NCBI GenBank assembly: GCA_963675785.1
Contig: OY776562.1
Location: forward strand, 2,848,001-2,912,000
Origin: Anaerolineae bacterium
Lineage (GTDB): Bacteria > Chloroflexota > Anaerolineae > UBA1429
Direction of reading: 5' to 3'
Length of the DNA stretch: 64,000 nt
Shown: positions 36,941 through 47,222 of the stretch, piece after piece
How positions within the stretch are numbered: the first letter of the stretch is position 1
Layout: each line of letters opens with the position of its first letter
Program-made: the position numbers and the translations under genes
The notes under the pieces: model-generated
Database searches by the model: none
What the model was told of the DNA's origin: nothing
The model's input: the letters and a program-made list of their open reading frames with translations, nothing else

Positions 36941-38368
36941 ATGTCAGATTTCCTTGCTGAAGATAATCAGCAAGAGGCTTGCGGCGTTTTCGGCATTTAC
37001 GCCCGAAATGTGGCCGTGGCCCGAGTAACGTTTTTTGCGTTGTTTGCTCTGCAGCACCGCGGACAAGAGAGTGCAGGCATTGCCGTCACTGACGGACGCC
37101 ATGCTGAACTCTATAAAGAGATGGGCCTGGTGACGCAGGTTTTCAAAGAAGAAAACCTGGCACCGCTAGAAGGGCACATTGCTATTGGTCATGTGCGCTA
37201 CTCTACGGCCGATTCTTCACGGCGTTTGAGCGCCCAGCCCTTTATGCTGGATTCTGCCCTGGGGCCCATTGCTATTGCCCATAACGGTAACCTGGTGAAC
37301 GCCCTGGAGTTGCGCCAACAGCTCTTTGAAAAGGGTGTGGGCCTGGTTTCCTCGTGCGATAGTGAGACGCTCATTCAACTGTTGGTTGGCGGCCGTGGCG
37401 AGACCTGGGTCGAGCGCATCCGCGACGTCATGTCGCGTGCCAAAGGCGCCTATTCCCTCACTATTATGACCAACGAGGCGCTCTATGCTGTGCGTGATCC
37501 CTGGGGATTCCGCCCACTGTGCATGGGCAAGTACAACGGCGGCTGGGTGGTAGCCTCTGAGACGTGCGCACTGCAAACCATCGGTGCCACCGAGATCGAA
37601 GAGATTCCCCGCGGAATGATCGTACGCATCGATGATGACGGTGTGCAGATGCTGGAAGGCAGTACCCCCGGCGATTCACACCTCTGTATTTTCGAGTTTA
37701 TCTACTTTGCCCGCCCCGATAGTGTTATTGAAGGCAAGCTGGTGCATCAAGTGCGCCAGGAGCTCGGTCGTCAATTGGCCCGTGAGCACCCAGTGGAGGC
37801 AGATCTAGTTATCTCTGTGCCCGATTCGGGTAATGCGGCGGCCATTGGTTATGCCCAACAGTCGGGCATTCCTTATGGTGAGGGCCTCATCAAGAACCGC
37901 TACATTGGACGCACCTTTATCCAGCCCAACGATCAACTGCGCAAGACGGGTGTAGCCCTCAAGTTCAACGCTCTGAATGAGATTCTCGACGGCAAGCGTG
38001 TGGTGGTGGTCGACGACTCGATTGTGCGCGGCAACACCAGCGGCCCCATTGTCGATTTGATTCGACGGGCTGGCGCTGCTGAGGTGCATATGCGCGTTTC
38101 CTCACCGCCTATCAAGCATCCCTGTTTTATGGGTGTGGACATGGCCACCTACAAAGAACTCATTGGCCACAGGCTTTCCATCCCTGAGATCGAGCGGCAT
38201 ATTGGCGCTGACTCGCTTGGCTATCTATCCCTCATGGGCATGATCGACTCGGTCGGTTTACCCTGGGACAAGTTCTGCCTTTCTTGCTTTAACGGCGAGT
38301 ACCCCTTTGAGGAGCGTGCCGGCGGTTTTGTGGAACGCGAGTGCGTCTGCATGGGCAAGGAGGGGTAG
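36941..38368 (+). CDS. purF: Amidophosphoribosyltransferase (Fe-S type, with propeptide)
   Basis: EACGVFG, LQHRGQE, HVRYST, VDDSIVRG, CLSCF. Confidence 0.97.
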   Translation: MSDFLAEDNQQEACGVFGIYARNVAVARVTFFALFALQHRGQESAGIAVTDGRHAELYKEMGLVTQVFKEENLAPLEGHIAIGHVRYSTADSSRRLSAQPFMLDSALGPIAIAHNGNLVNALELRQQLFEKGVGLVSSCDSETLIQLLVGGRGETWVERIRDVMSRAKGAYSLTIMTNEALYAVRDPWGFRPLCMGKYNGGWVVASETCALQTIGATEIEEIPRGMIVRIDDDGVQMLEGSTPGDSHLCIFEFIYFARPDSVIEGKLVHQVRQELGRQLAREHPVEADLVISVPDSGNAAAIGYAQQSGIPYGEGLIKNRYIGRTFIQPNDQLRKTGVALKFNALNEILDGKRVVVVDDSIVRGNTSGPIVDLIRRAGAAEVHMRVSSPPIKHPCFMGVDMATYKELIGHRLSIPEIERHIGADSLGYLSLMGMIDSVGLPWDKFCLSCFNGEYPFEERAGGFVERECVCMGKEG

Positions 38369-39643
38369 GTGGATATCCTTGTTGTGGGCTCTGGCGGTCG
38401 CGAACATGCCCTGGCCTGGTCGTTGGCCCGCTCGCCGCGCGTTGGACGCCTATTGATTGCCCCGGGAAATGCTGGCACAGCGGCGCTTGGTGAGAATGTG
38501 GCTGTTGCCGCCGATGATATCGATGGTTTGGTCGATCTGGCCTGTCGCGAGCAAGTCGATCTCGTTGTGGTGGGCCCTGAGGTTCCTCTCGCTCTTGGTT
38601 TGGTGGATCGTTTGGCCGAACGAGGCATCGCCGCCTTTGGCCCCATGCAGGCCGCGGCCCGTATCGAGGCCTCCAAAGCCTTTTCCAAGGATTTCATGCG
38701 CGATAACGGTATTCCCACCGCCGGTTATGGCGTTTTTGAGGATTATGACGAGGCCCGGGCATATTTGCAGTCGCATCCGGTGCCCGTGGTGGTCAAGGCC
38801 AGCGGATTGGCGGCTGGCAAGGGCGTCATCGTCTGTCAGACGGACGAACAGGCCAAAAACGCGCTCGACACCATCATGCTGGATAAGGCCTTTGGCAGCT
38901 CGGGCGATCAGGTGATCATTGAGGACTGTCTCACGGGCCAAGAAGTATCGGTGCTGGCCTTTTGTGATGGCAAGACGGCCGTGCCTATGCTCCTTTCCCA
39001 GGATCACAAGGCGGCTTATGAGGGCGACAAGGGCCCCAATACCGGCGGCATGGGCACCTATGCACCAGCGTCATTGCTCGACGAGGCCATGATGGCCCGC
39101 GTTCAAGCCAAAGTGCTGCAGCCGACAGTAGATGCCATGGCTCGTGCAGGTACGCCCTATGTTGGTGTGCTCTATGCTGGCTTGATGATAGACAGCGGTG
39201 ATTTCTCGGTGCTCGAGTTTAACTGCCGATTTGGAGATCCCGAAACGCAGGTGCTGCTGCCATTGCTGAAAACGGACCTAGTCGAGGTCATGCTGGCCTG
39301 TGTGAACGGTACTCTCGACCAAGTCGAGTTGGCCTGGTCGGAGCAGAGCTGCGTGTGCGTCGTCATGGCCTCGGGTGGATACCCGGGCAGCTATAAAAAG
39401 GGCTATCGCATCGGTGGGCTGGAGGCAGCTGTCGCACTGCCCGATACGGTCGTCTTTCACGCAGGAACACGGCTGGAGAACGGCAACGTGCTCACGGCCG
39501 GTGGGCGTGTACTGGGCGTAACCGCCTGGGCTGACGATCTGGCTACGGCTGTAGAACGCGCTTATCGCACTGTAGATGAAATCAGTTGGCCCGAGGTGAT
39601 GGTTCGGCGCGATATTGGCGCCAAAGGATTAAAGGAGAGCTAG
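38369..39643 (+). CDS. purD: Phosphoribosylamine-glycine ligase
   Basis: GSGGREHA, GLAAGKGV, GPNTGGMG, EFNCRFGDPE. Confidence 0.97.
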   Translation: MDILVVGSGGREHALAWSLARSPRVGRLLIAPGNAGTAALGENVAVAADDIDGLVDLACREQVDLVVVGPEVPLALGLVDRLAERGIAAFGPMQAAARIEASKAFSKDFMRDNGIPTAGYGVFEDYDEARAYLQSHPVPVVVKASGLAAGKGVIVCQTDEQAKNALDTIMLDKAFGSSGDQVIIEDCLTGQEVSVLAFCDGKTAVPMLLSQDHKAAYEGDKGPNTGGMGTYAPASLLDEAMMARVQAKVLQPTVDAMARAGTPYVGVLYAGLMIDSGDFSVLEFNCRFGDPETQVLLPLLKTDLVEVMLACVNGTLDQVELAWSEQSCVCVVMASGGYPGSYKKGYRIGGLEAAVALPDTVVFHAGTRLENGNVLTAGGRVLGVTAWADDLATAVERAYRTVDEISWPEVMVRRDIGAKGLKES

Positions 39644-40663
39644 ATGAACAAGGGCTCTTATGCTTCAGCAGGCGTCGATATCGATGCCGGGAATAAAGCC
39701 GTCTCGCTAATGCGCGAGGCGGTGCGTTCCACCTATGGCCCCGAAGTGCTGCTGGGCATCGGTTCCTTTGGAGGATTGTTCGATGTCTCGTGCCTCAAAG
39801 AATACGATGCTCCGGTGCTGGTGGCCTCGACGGATGGCGTAGGCACCAAAACCGTGGTTGCCTCAGCCCTGAACAGCTATGAGAGTATCGGCCAGGATAT
39901 CGTCAATCACTGCATCAACGACATTCTGGTTCAGGGTGCGGAACCTCTTTTCTTTCTCGATTATATCGCCATGTCGGTCCTCAATCCGGAACATGTCGCC
40001 AGCGTGGTCAAGGGCGTGGCTGCGGCCTGTCGGGCAGCTGGCTGTGCCATTCTCGGTGGAGAGACAGCTGAGATGCCCGATGTCTATCAGCCAGGCGAGA
40101 TCGATTTGGCTGGCACCATCGTGGGCATAGTGGATAGAGAAGACATCATCGATGGCTCGTTTGTAGAACCGGGTGATGTGCTGCTTGGTTTGCCCTCCAA
40201 GGGGCTGCACACCAATGGCTTTTCCCTGGTGAGGCATATTTTCCCGCCAGAGGCCTGGTCGCAAACCTTCCCTGGGCTTGGGAGAACCTTGGGCGAGGCT
40301 CTGGTCGAGCCGCATCGTTCCTATTTGGAAGTCTTCCGGGTGTTGCGATCGGTAGGAACTATCAAAGCCATGGCCCATATTACCGGTGGTGGCTTTTACG
40401 AGAACGTGCCCCGCGTTTTGCCTGATGATTGTAGTGCAGCCATCGACCGTTCTGCCTGGGAAGTGCCTGCGCTGTTCCAGATCATTCAGCAGCAGGGCAA
40501 TGTGGATGCCAATGAGATGTACCGCGTGTTCAATATGGGTATGGGCTTTGTCATTATGGTGGATGAAGACGAGGTAGATACCATGGTGGCTGCCGCACCC
40601 GAGGCACGAGTTATTGGCCGGGTAATTGAGCGTACGGCTGGCCCCCGGGTGGTGATGGCGTGA
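39644..40663 (+). CDS. purM: AIR synthase
   Basis: YASAGVDI, TDGVGTK, GGETAEMP, GLHTNG, HITGGG, FNMG. Confidence 0.97.
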   Translation: MNKGSYASAGVDIDAGNKAVSLMREAVRSTYGPEVLLGIGSFGGLFDVSCLKEYDAPVLVASTDGVGTKTVVASALNSYESIGQDIVNHCINDILVQGAEPLFFLDYIAMSVLNPEHVASVVKGVAAACRAAGCAILGGETAEMPDVYQPGEIDLAGTIVGIVDREDIIDGSFVEPGDVLLGLPSKGLHTNGFSLVRHIFPPEAWSQTFPGLGRTLGEALVEPHRSYLEVFRVLRSVGTIKAMAHITGGGFYENVPRVLPDDCSAAIDRSAWEVPALFQIIQQQGNVDANEMYRVFNMGMGFVIMVDEDEVDTMVAAAPEARVIGRVIERTAGPRVVMA

Positions 40664-41259
40664 AGCGACTCGCTGTTATGGCGTCGGGAAACGGCACGAA
40701 CCTGCAAGCTATCATCGATGCCACCGAGAGCGGAACACTCCCTGATTGTCAGGTTGTGGTAGTCGTCTCGAATCGTAAGCACGCTTATGCACTGGAACGT
40801 GCCCAGAAATACGGCATTCCCACCATCTGCCGTACACTCAAAAGCTATGAGAAGGCGGGCAAATCGCGTCACGAATACGATATTGACCTGGCCGACGCGA
40901 TCGCAGCCTATAGTGTCGACTTGGTAGTGCTGGCTGGCTGGATGCATTTGTTCTGCCAGGATTTTCTCGATCGTTTCTCTGACAATATCGTGAATATCCA
41001 CCCGGCATTGCCTGGTATGTTCCCTGGAACACACGCCATCGAACGAGCTTACGCGGCCTATGGCGAGGAAAAGATTCACGAAACAGGCGTAATGGTTCAT
41101 TTTGTGCCCGATGAAGGCGTGGATAGCGGCCCAATCATCTGCCAGCGCGCGGTGCCCATTTTGCCAAATGACACTTTGACTGACCTCGAAGAGAAGATTC
41201 ATAGTGTGGAACATGTCCTCTACATCGAGGCCATCGCCAAGGTGTTGAACCTCGGTTAA
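40660..41259 (+). CDS. purN: GAR formyltransferase
   Basis: ASGNGTNLQA, LAGWM, NIHPAL, GVMVHFV.DEGVDSG. Confidence 0.96.
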   Translation: MKRLAVMASGNGTNLQAIIDATESGTLPDCQVVVVVSNRKHAYALERAQKYGIPTICRTLKSYEKAGKSRHEYDIDLADAIAAYSVDLVVLAGWMHLFCQDFLDRFSDNIVNIHPALPGMFPGTHAIERAYAAYGEEKIHETGVMVHFVPDEGVDSGPIICQRAVPILPNDTLTDLEEKIHSVEHVLYIEAIAKVLNLG

Positions 41260-41291
41260 TTCGGCCCCGATGTAGAGAGAAAAAGTTGATT

Positions 41292-44200
41292 CTAGGCCAT
41301 CTTGATTCTAAAGGTGCGAATTTGGAACGGTTTGATCGCGATTTCGAACGAGGATTCCTCGAACGGAATCGCGGTTTCGTTTTCTTCCATCAAATTGCAC
41401 TCATATACGCTGGCCAAAGGCATAACAAAGGACAGGCGCGCATTGCCTCGGCGGTTGTGGGCTTCGTACAACCGCACGATGAGCCCCTCACCATCCTCGG
41501 CGGCTTTGATAGTATCGACAATGACGTGCTCGGCGTCACACTGGGCAAAACTGAGAGCAGTAGGCAAGTTAGCTTGTTCGCAGTGCCCTAGAGGACACAC
41601 AGGAATCAGTGGGTCGTTGAGCATGGCTGCCTGGTTGATGGTATCGCTGGTCCAATCGCCGGTGTGAGGCAGCAGCGAATAGACAAAGCGGTGCAAACCC
41701 TGGTCGGCTTCGGGGTCGGGATGGGTACCGGACTTGATCAGGGTGATGCGCATCACATTGCCCTTGATGTCATAGCCGTACTTGCAGTCGTTCAACAGGC
41801 TAACGCCATAGCCCGTCTCAGAGAGATCGGCCCAGCGCTGAGCACCCACCTCAAAGCGAGCGTAATCCCAGCTGGTATTCCAGTGGGTTGCACGCTCTAG
41901 GGCGCCGAATTGGATCTCATACGTAGCTCGGGCGCTGTGTACATCCACCGGGAAAGCGGCTTTGAGCAGCACGTGGTGCTCGTGCCAGTCTACCTCGGTG
42001 TCAAAATCGATGCGCGGCGTATGGCTGTACACGTACAGGCGCTGTATGAACCGCGAGTTGCGGTAGGTCTTTTCGATCTGCAAACCGGCGCGCAGCGGGC
42101 CTTCTTCGATGACGGTAACGCGTACGTTCTCATCCACTACCCACATCTTGTCTTGATAAAAGATGTCGATATCCCAGGCATCGTGGGCTACGGGCTTGTC
42201 CTCAAAAGTCTGCCACACATTGGCCTCTGCTCCCTCGGCCAATACCTGGCGCTGGTTCTGCTTGTCATAGACTGAGGTGAGATGCCCGCGCTCGTTCAGT
42301 TCGATGGAAAGGAAAGGCGTCTCGATGTGCTGCGGCGTGACGTGCAGTTCAGAGGGCGAAGTCTCGCAATAGGTATCAGACCAGCCCAAGGCGCGGTATC
42401 CCCAAGCCGGAACATTGCTAATCTCGGCCAGCACGTCGCCCGATTCGAGCATTTGAACGGGGATGTTTCGTCCGCTTTCTAGATCGATGAGACAGGGCTT
42501 TTTACCAGCCAGTTCATCGGGCATCTGGACGGCTGGGATTGTCACCAGGTCGTCGCGCTCCTGGCTTAGGCTGTTAAAGATGACCACGGGAGCCGTCTCG
42601 TCACAATCAATACTCTCCGCGATGGCTTGCAATGCCTCATCCCGCGCCGAACGGCCAAGCTCGGCCACGTGTTCATACTGCTCGGCGGATTCTTCATAGA
42701 CGGCACGGATCGACGATCCCGGAATGATGTCGTGGAACTGGTTCAACAGGATGAGTTCCCAGCCTTCTGACAAGGCGTTTTGCGGATAGACCTTGCCCAG
42801 CAGGGTGGCCGCGGCACAGGCCGCTTCGGCCTGGTGGTAGAGTATTTCGCTTTTGCGGTTATAGCGTTTGTTCTGGGCTTGGCTGGTTAGTGTGCCGCGA
42901 TGCAACTCCAGGTAGAGTTCGCCTTCCCATTCGGGCAGACGCTTGCCCTCGACGTTCTTTTCCAGGGTGTGGAAAAAATCATTGGCCGGGCCCAACACCA
43001 CTTGCGGCGCTCCGGGATAACTCTGCAGGCGCTGCCCGAACTCGATCATGTCGTAAGTAGGCCCGCCACCGCCGTCGCCGTGGCCATAGGTCAAGAGGAT
43101 GTCGTCGGTAACATCCTTACTGCGGTTGGCTGCCCAGGTGCCCAGCACGGTGTCAGGCTCCAGAGCACCGTTGTAAGTGTAGAACCAGGAATTGGATGGT
43201 GTGGTCACAAAGTGGGTCAGTACCGAGGTTCCGTCGATACCCTTCCAGTCAAAGGTGTCGTAGGGGAAGCGGTTATATTGGTTCCAGCTGATCTTGGTGG
43301 TCATGAAATAGCGAATACCCGCGCGGCGAATGATCTGTGGCAGGGAGCCGCTGTAACCAAAGACATCGGGCAGCCAGAGCACATCGCCTTCGGTGCCTAC
43401 TTTATCTTGGAAGAACTTGCGGCCGTAGAGGAACTGGCGAACCAGCGACTCGCCGCCGGTGATATTGGTATCCATCTCGACCCAGGTGGCGCCGTTGACC
43501 TCCCAGCGACCCTCTTGAATGCGTTCTTGCACTTGGGCATAGATTTCGGGATAGTCCTCTTGCACGAATTTGTAGAGCTGTGCCTGGCTCGACATAAAAT
43601 GATAGTCGGGATAACGCTCCATCAACCGCAGGGCGGTAGAGAATGTTCTTGCTGCCTTTTGCCGGGTCTGCCCCAAAGGCCAGAGCCAGGCCACATCGAG
43701 GTGGGCATGGCCGATAGCGTGAACGCGTTCGTGGCGCGGCGGCAGGGGCGTGCGTTCGATGGCGGTCTGCAGGGTAGCACGTGCCTTGCGAATGGAGGCA
43801 TAGTAAGCTTCATCAAGAGGTTCGCGCAGGTCAAGGTCCAAAAAGGCCTCTTCCAGAGCGTTGATCAGATGAGTGCGTGCGTAATCGGCCTCAGGCAAGC
43901 TGCGGGCAACCTCGAGGGCTGTTTTGGCGTCGTAGCAAAAACCATTGACATCTGCATCGAGCCAAACCAACTCGGCACGCAGGAACTGTTCTTCCTTGTA
44001 GCTGCGACCCCGCCAAGCCTCGATGGCTATATCACAAGTTGTGCCAGGCGTGGCTTTTTGGTCGAGGTAAACGGTATAGTGATAGTGGTCCAGGGCCTGA
44101 TGAGGCACACCGTCGATATAAACCAAGGCCTCGGGGGTAACACTCTTGTAAGGATCGCCCAACAGGATAATCAATGCAGCATCGCGACCCTGCCAGCCTT

Positions 44201-44429
44201 CGGGAATGGTGACCTGACGAGAGAACCAGGCCCAGGGGTAATCATCGTTTTGACCCCAGCGCTGACCAATGCTAAAAGGCTGCCAACGTGGATCATCCAC
44301 CTCGGGTACGCTGTTGGTGTTCTCCGCTTCTGGCAGAATGCGCCAGTTCTCTAACTTGTATGTGTCGCGGGCAATGTGCAGTTCGATCTCTTTGATCTGT
44401 TGTGTAAACCGCTCGAAAGCGAACCTCAT
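41292..44429 (-). CDS. Alpha-mannosidase, glycoside hydrolase family 38
   Basis: GHAHLDVAWLW, WLPDVFGYS, GDGGGGPT, GELYLELHRG, NQFHDIIPGSSI. Confidence 0.95.
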   Translation of the reverse strand: MRFAFERFTQQIKEIELHIARDTYKLENWRILPEAENTNSVPEVDDPRWQPFSIGQRWGQNDDYPWAWFSRQVTIPEGWQGRDAALIILLGDPYKSVTPEALVYIDGVPHQALDHYHYTVYLDQKATPGTTCDIAIEAWRGRSYKEEQFLRAELVWLDADVNGFCYDAKTALEVARSLPEADYARTHLINALEEAFLDLDLREPLDEAYYASIRKARATLQTAIERTPLPPRHERVHAIGHAHLDVAWLWPLGQTRQKAARTFSTALRLMERYPDYHFMSSQAQLYKFVQEDYPEIYAQVQERIQEGRWEVNGATWVEMDTNITGGESLVRQFLYGRKFFQDKVGTEGDVLWLPDVFGYSGSLPQIIRRAGIRYFMTTKISWNQYNRFPYDTFDWKGIDGTSVLTHFVTTPSNSWFYTYNGALEPDTVLGTWAANRSKDVTDDILLTYGHGDGGGGPTYDMIEFGQRLQSYPGAPQVVLGPANDFFHTLEKNVEGKRLPEWEGELYLELHRGTLTSQAQNKRYNRKSEILYHQAEAACAAATLLGKVYPQNALSEGWELILLNQFHDIIPGSSIRAVYEESAEQYEHVAELGRSARDEALQAIAESIDCDETAPVVIFNSLSQERDDLVTIPAVQMPDELAGKKPCLIDLESGRNIPVQMLESGDVLAEISNVPAWGYRALGWSDTYCETSPSELHVTPQHIETPFLSIELNERGHLTSVYDKQNQRQVLAEGAEANVWQTFEDKPVAHDAWDIDIFYQDKMWVVDENVRVTVIEEGPLRAGLQIEKTYRNSRFIQRLYVYSHTPRIDFDTEVDWHEHHVLLKAAFPVDVHSARATYEIQFGALERATHWNTSWDYARFEVGAQRWADLSETGYGVSLLNDCKYGYDIKGNVMRITLIKSGTHPDPEADQGLHRFVYSLLPHTGDWTSDTINQAAMLNDPLIPVCPLGHCEQANLPTALSFAQCDAEHVIVDTIKAAEDGEGLIVRLYEAHNRRGNARLSFVMPLASVYECNLMEENETAIPFEESSFEIAIKPFQIRTFRIKMA

Positions 44430-44466
44430 GCTTGGCCTCCATCAACATATGTTGGTACGGTCGGGT

Positions 44467-45189
44467 CTAGCTCCAGTTTTTGACGTGAAAGAGCAGATTG
44501 GAACGCAGTTCTTGCGCGCATTGCTCGCAGAACAAGTAGGGCAAATTATTCTCTTCGATGGCGTATTCGATCAGTTCCTCCACAGAGCTAGCATGACGCA
44601 TCGCACAGCGGTTCACACAATGTGTTTCCAGGCCATGCTTTACGCTACGGTAATCGCGTTTATAAGAGACGGCTCCCATAATGTGACCGAGATTATGACG
44701 GACTAGTCTCTGCAAAGCAAGCTGCCGAAGACGAGCGTCGGGGATGGCCCGTACTCGACGAACTGACATGACAGCGATGCTTCCAGGAAGACTGGAACCC
44801 AACGCGTAATGTGGCGTCTCCTTCGTAATTGGACCTGCTGTGGGATAATCCGTCAGATCGTGGTCGATGAGAGCCAAGTCCCAATGGGGCGTTTCGATCT
44901 GCCAGGGCTCTTGGCGCATCAATTCCAGAAACAGGGGAGCGATGACTTGCTGTAGGTCTTCGTTAAAGCTGGAATCGATATACCATTGGGTTCCCCAATA
45001 AGGACTGCCGGGTTCAAGCCCAGAGATCGCCCAATCGCCAAATACTCGAATTTGCGTGGGCGGTGTATTCAGGGCTGTGGGCAACTGAAAGTAAAGCCAC
45101 TTGATGATGCGGCTGACTTCTTGAATCAGGATGGCACTTTCATCTTCGTTAATGCCTTCAGACCAGGTGATGGAGATAAAACGATCCAC
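44467..45189 (-). CDS. Archaemetzincin-like zinc protein with HNxGH variant motif
   Basis: RHNLGHIMG...HCVNRCAMRH...FCEQC resembles HExGHxxG...HC..C.M...C..C of M54 peptidases. Confidence 0.6.
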   Translation of the reverse strand: MDRFISITWSEGINEDESAILIQEVSRIIKWLYFQLPTALNTPPTQIRVFGDWAISGLEPGSPYWGTQWYIDSSFNEDLQQVIAPLFLELMRQEPWQIETPHWDLALIDHDLTDYPTAGPITKETPHYALGSSLPGSIAVMSVRRVRAIPDARLRQLALQRLVRHNLGHIMGAVSYKRDYRSVKHGLETHCVNRCAMRHASSVEELIEYAIEENNLPYLFCEQCAQELRSNLLFHVKNWS

Positions 45190-45316
45190 ACTCTATCCTC
45201 CATATCCACATACTCGAATTATGCCATTCAGGCCTTTTGTTTACAAGACATGGCCTCTGCTTGGCGTTCTTGCTAGAGAGGGACATAATTATTCCTAGCG
45301 TATAAAAGGAGAAAAC

Positions 45317-46084
45317 GTGTCTGAAGCTACCTACCCGATTCTAGAGTTCGATCCCTCGTTGGATGCGGTTATCAAACCTTCTCACGTAGTTGAGCGGATC
45401 GAAATGCCCGAACACCTCGTGCTTTGCTATTTCAACGAGGTGGTCAGTCTTCTTGTTGAGCAACATGCGGCCAGAGAAATCGCTTCGATCAACAGCGAAA
45501 TGGGCAAACAACCCGTCTATGTGATAGAGACGGACGGACGCCAACTTGCCGTGATGCAGGCGGGCATTGGCGGCCCGCTTGCGGCGGGGTTGCTTGAAGA
45601 GGCCATCGCTTTAGGCGCCAGTAAATTCGTGGTTTGCGGTGGGGCTGGCGTGTTACACAGTAATATTGCTGTGGGCCATGTCATCATTCCCACGGCAGCG
45701 TTGCGAGATGAAGGCACATCCTATCATTATGCGCCGCCCAGCCGCACTATCCAGGCCAATCAAAATGCCGTGGCAGCCATCGAACGTGTGCTGGTTGAGG
45801 CCGGCGTACCCTATGAAAAGGGCATGACCTGGACCACCGACGCTTTTTATCGCGAGACGCGCGAGCGCGTGGCCCGTCGTCGGGACGAAGGCTGCATCTG
45901 TGTCGAGATGGAAGCAGCGGCTTATTTTGCCGTAGCCCAGTTCAGAGAGGTCATCTTGGGGCAGTTGCTCTATGGCGGTGACGATGTAACGGGTGAGGAT
46001 TGGAATTCCCGTGCGTGGAACAAGAGAGATAGCGTGCGTGAGCGCCTTTTCTGGCTGGCTGCGCAGGCTTGTTTGTCGCTCTAG
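45317..46084 (+). CDS. Nucleoside phosphorylase (PNP_UDP_1 family)
   Basis: GIGGP, CGGAG, RDEGTSYHY, TTDAFYRET, VEMEAAA. Confidence 0.9.
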   Translation: MSEATYPILEFDPSLDAVIKPSHVVERIEMPEHLVLCYFNEVVSLLVEQHAAREIASINSEMGKQPVYVIETDGRQLAVMQAGIGGPLAAGLLEEAIALGASKFVVCGGAGVLHSNIAVGHVIIPTAALRDEGTSYHYAPPSRTIQANQNAVAAIERVLVEAGVPYEKGMTWTTDAFYRETRERVARRRDEGCICVEMEAAAYFAVAQFREVILGQLLYGGDDVTGEDWNSRAWNKRDSVRERLFWLAAQACLSL

Positions 46085-46093
46085 TCATTGTGG

Positions 46094-46141
46094 TTGACGA
46101 TCTGGCAGCACTTGGGTAACCTGAGCTCAGTTAGCGCTCAG
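46094..46141 (+). promoter_or_regulatory. kdgK promoter with possible LacI-type operator
   Basis: TTGACG-17-TAACCT (46094-46122), then CTGAGCTCAG and GTTAGCGCTCAG dyads. Confidence 0.45.
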
Positions 46142-46170
46142 CGTTCGGGATGTACCTGGAGGATGTTACG

Positions 46171-47202
46171 ATGAAAAAAGTGGTGACTTTTGGCGAAATC
46201 ATGCTGCGTCTTTCGCCTCCTGGCTACAAACGGTTCAGTCAGGCCGAATCTTTTGACGTGGTTTATGGTGGTGGCGAGGCCAATGTGGCTGCATCGTTGG
46301 CCAATTATGGGATTCCTACTGATTTTGTGACTCGCCTGCCCAAGAATGATATCGGCGAGGCCTGTATGCATTTCCTCCGGGCCCAGGGCGTTGGTGTGGA
46401 CAAGATTATCTATGGTGGCGAGCGCCTGGGCATCTATTTTCTCGAAATGGGCGCCGTCAGCCGTGGCAGCAAGGTAGTCTACGACCGCGCTCATTCCAGC
46501 CTTTCTGCCATCGAGCCGGGCATGGTCGATTGGAAGAGCGTTTTCGCCGATGCCGAATGGTTCCATTGGACCGGGATCACCCCTGCTATCTCACAAGGGG
46601 CGGCGGATGCCTGCTTGGAAGCGGTACAAGTGGCTAAAGAAATGGGCCTCATTGTCTCGTGTGACCTCAACTATCGCAACAAGCTGTGGAAGTACGGTAA
46701 ATCCGCTTCAGAAGTAATGCCGGAGCTGGTTAGTTATTGCGATGTGGCTATTGGCAACGAAGAGGACGCCGACAAGGTATTCGGTATCAAAGCGCCCGAG
46801 ACCGATGTCACCAGTGGCAAGGTGGATGCGACGGGCTATCGTTTTGTCTGTGAAGAGTTGGTCAAGCGTTTTCCCAACCTCAAGACAGTGGCCATCACCC
46901 TGCGCGGCTCCATCTCGGCCAGCCACAACACATGGTCGGGTATTATGTGGGATAATGGCGAGATATATAAAGCGCCAACGTTCGATATTACCCACATTGT
47001 CGATCGTGTCGGTGGCGGTGACTCGTTCATGGGTGGCTTGATCTATGGCCTGCTTACCTACTCAGATCGTCAGAGCGCGCTCAACTTTGCTGTTGCTGCG
47101 TCGTGTCTCAAGCATACTATCTTTGGTGATTTCAACCTCGTCACAGTAGATGAGGTCGAAAAGCTCATGGGCGGCGACGCTTCGGGCCGCGTTTCCCGTT
47201 AA
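46171..47202 (+). CDS. kdgK: 2-keto-3-deoxygluconate kinase
   Basis: VTFGEIMLRLSP, GGGEANVA, DLNYR.KLW, DRVGGGDSF; upstream of eda. Confidence 0.9.
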   Translation: MKKVVTFGEIMLRLSPPGYKRFSQAESFDVVYGGGEANVAASLANYGIPTDFVTRLPKNDIGEACMHFLRAQGVGVDKIIYGGERLGIYFLEMGAVSRGSKVVYDRAHSSLSAIEPGMVDWKSVFADAEWFHWTGITPAISQGAADACLEAVQVAKEMGLIVSCDLNYRNKLWKYGKSASEVMPELVSYCDVAIGNEEDADKVFGIKAPETDVTSGKVDATGYRFVCEELVKRFPNLKTVAITLRGSISASHNTWSGIMWDNGEIYKAPTFDITHIVDRVGGGDSFMGGLIYGLLTYSDRQSALNFAVAASCLKHTIFGDFNLVTVDEVEKLMGGDASGRVSR

Positions 47203-47222
47203 TTAGGAAGAGAGTAAGAAAA

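Noticed and set aside
42900-44354. 484-aa antisense ORF within the GH38 gene
   Set aside because: Shadow ORF caused by codon bias of the sense gene; no domain motifs
44478-44493. Second parS-like sequence TTTTTGACGTGAAAGA
   Set aside because: Three mismatches and inside a CDS; a still weaker match at 234-249 was also dismissed
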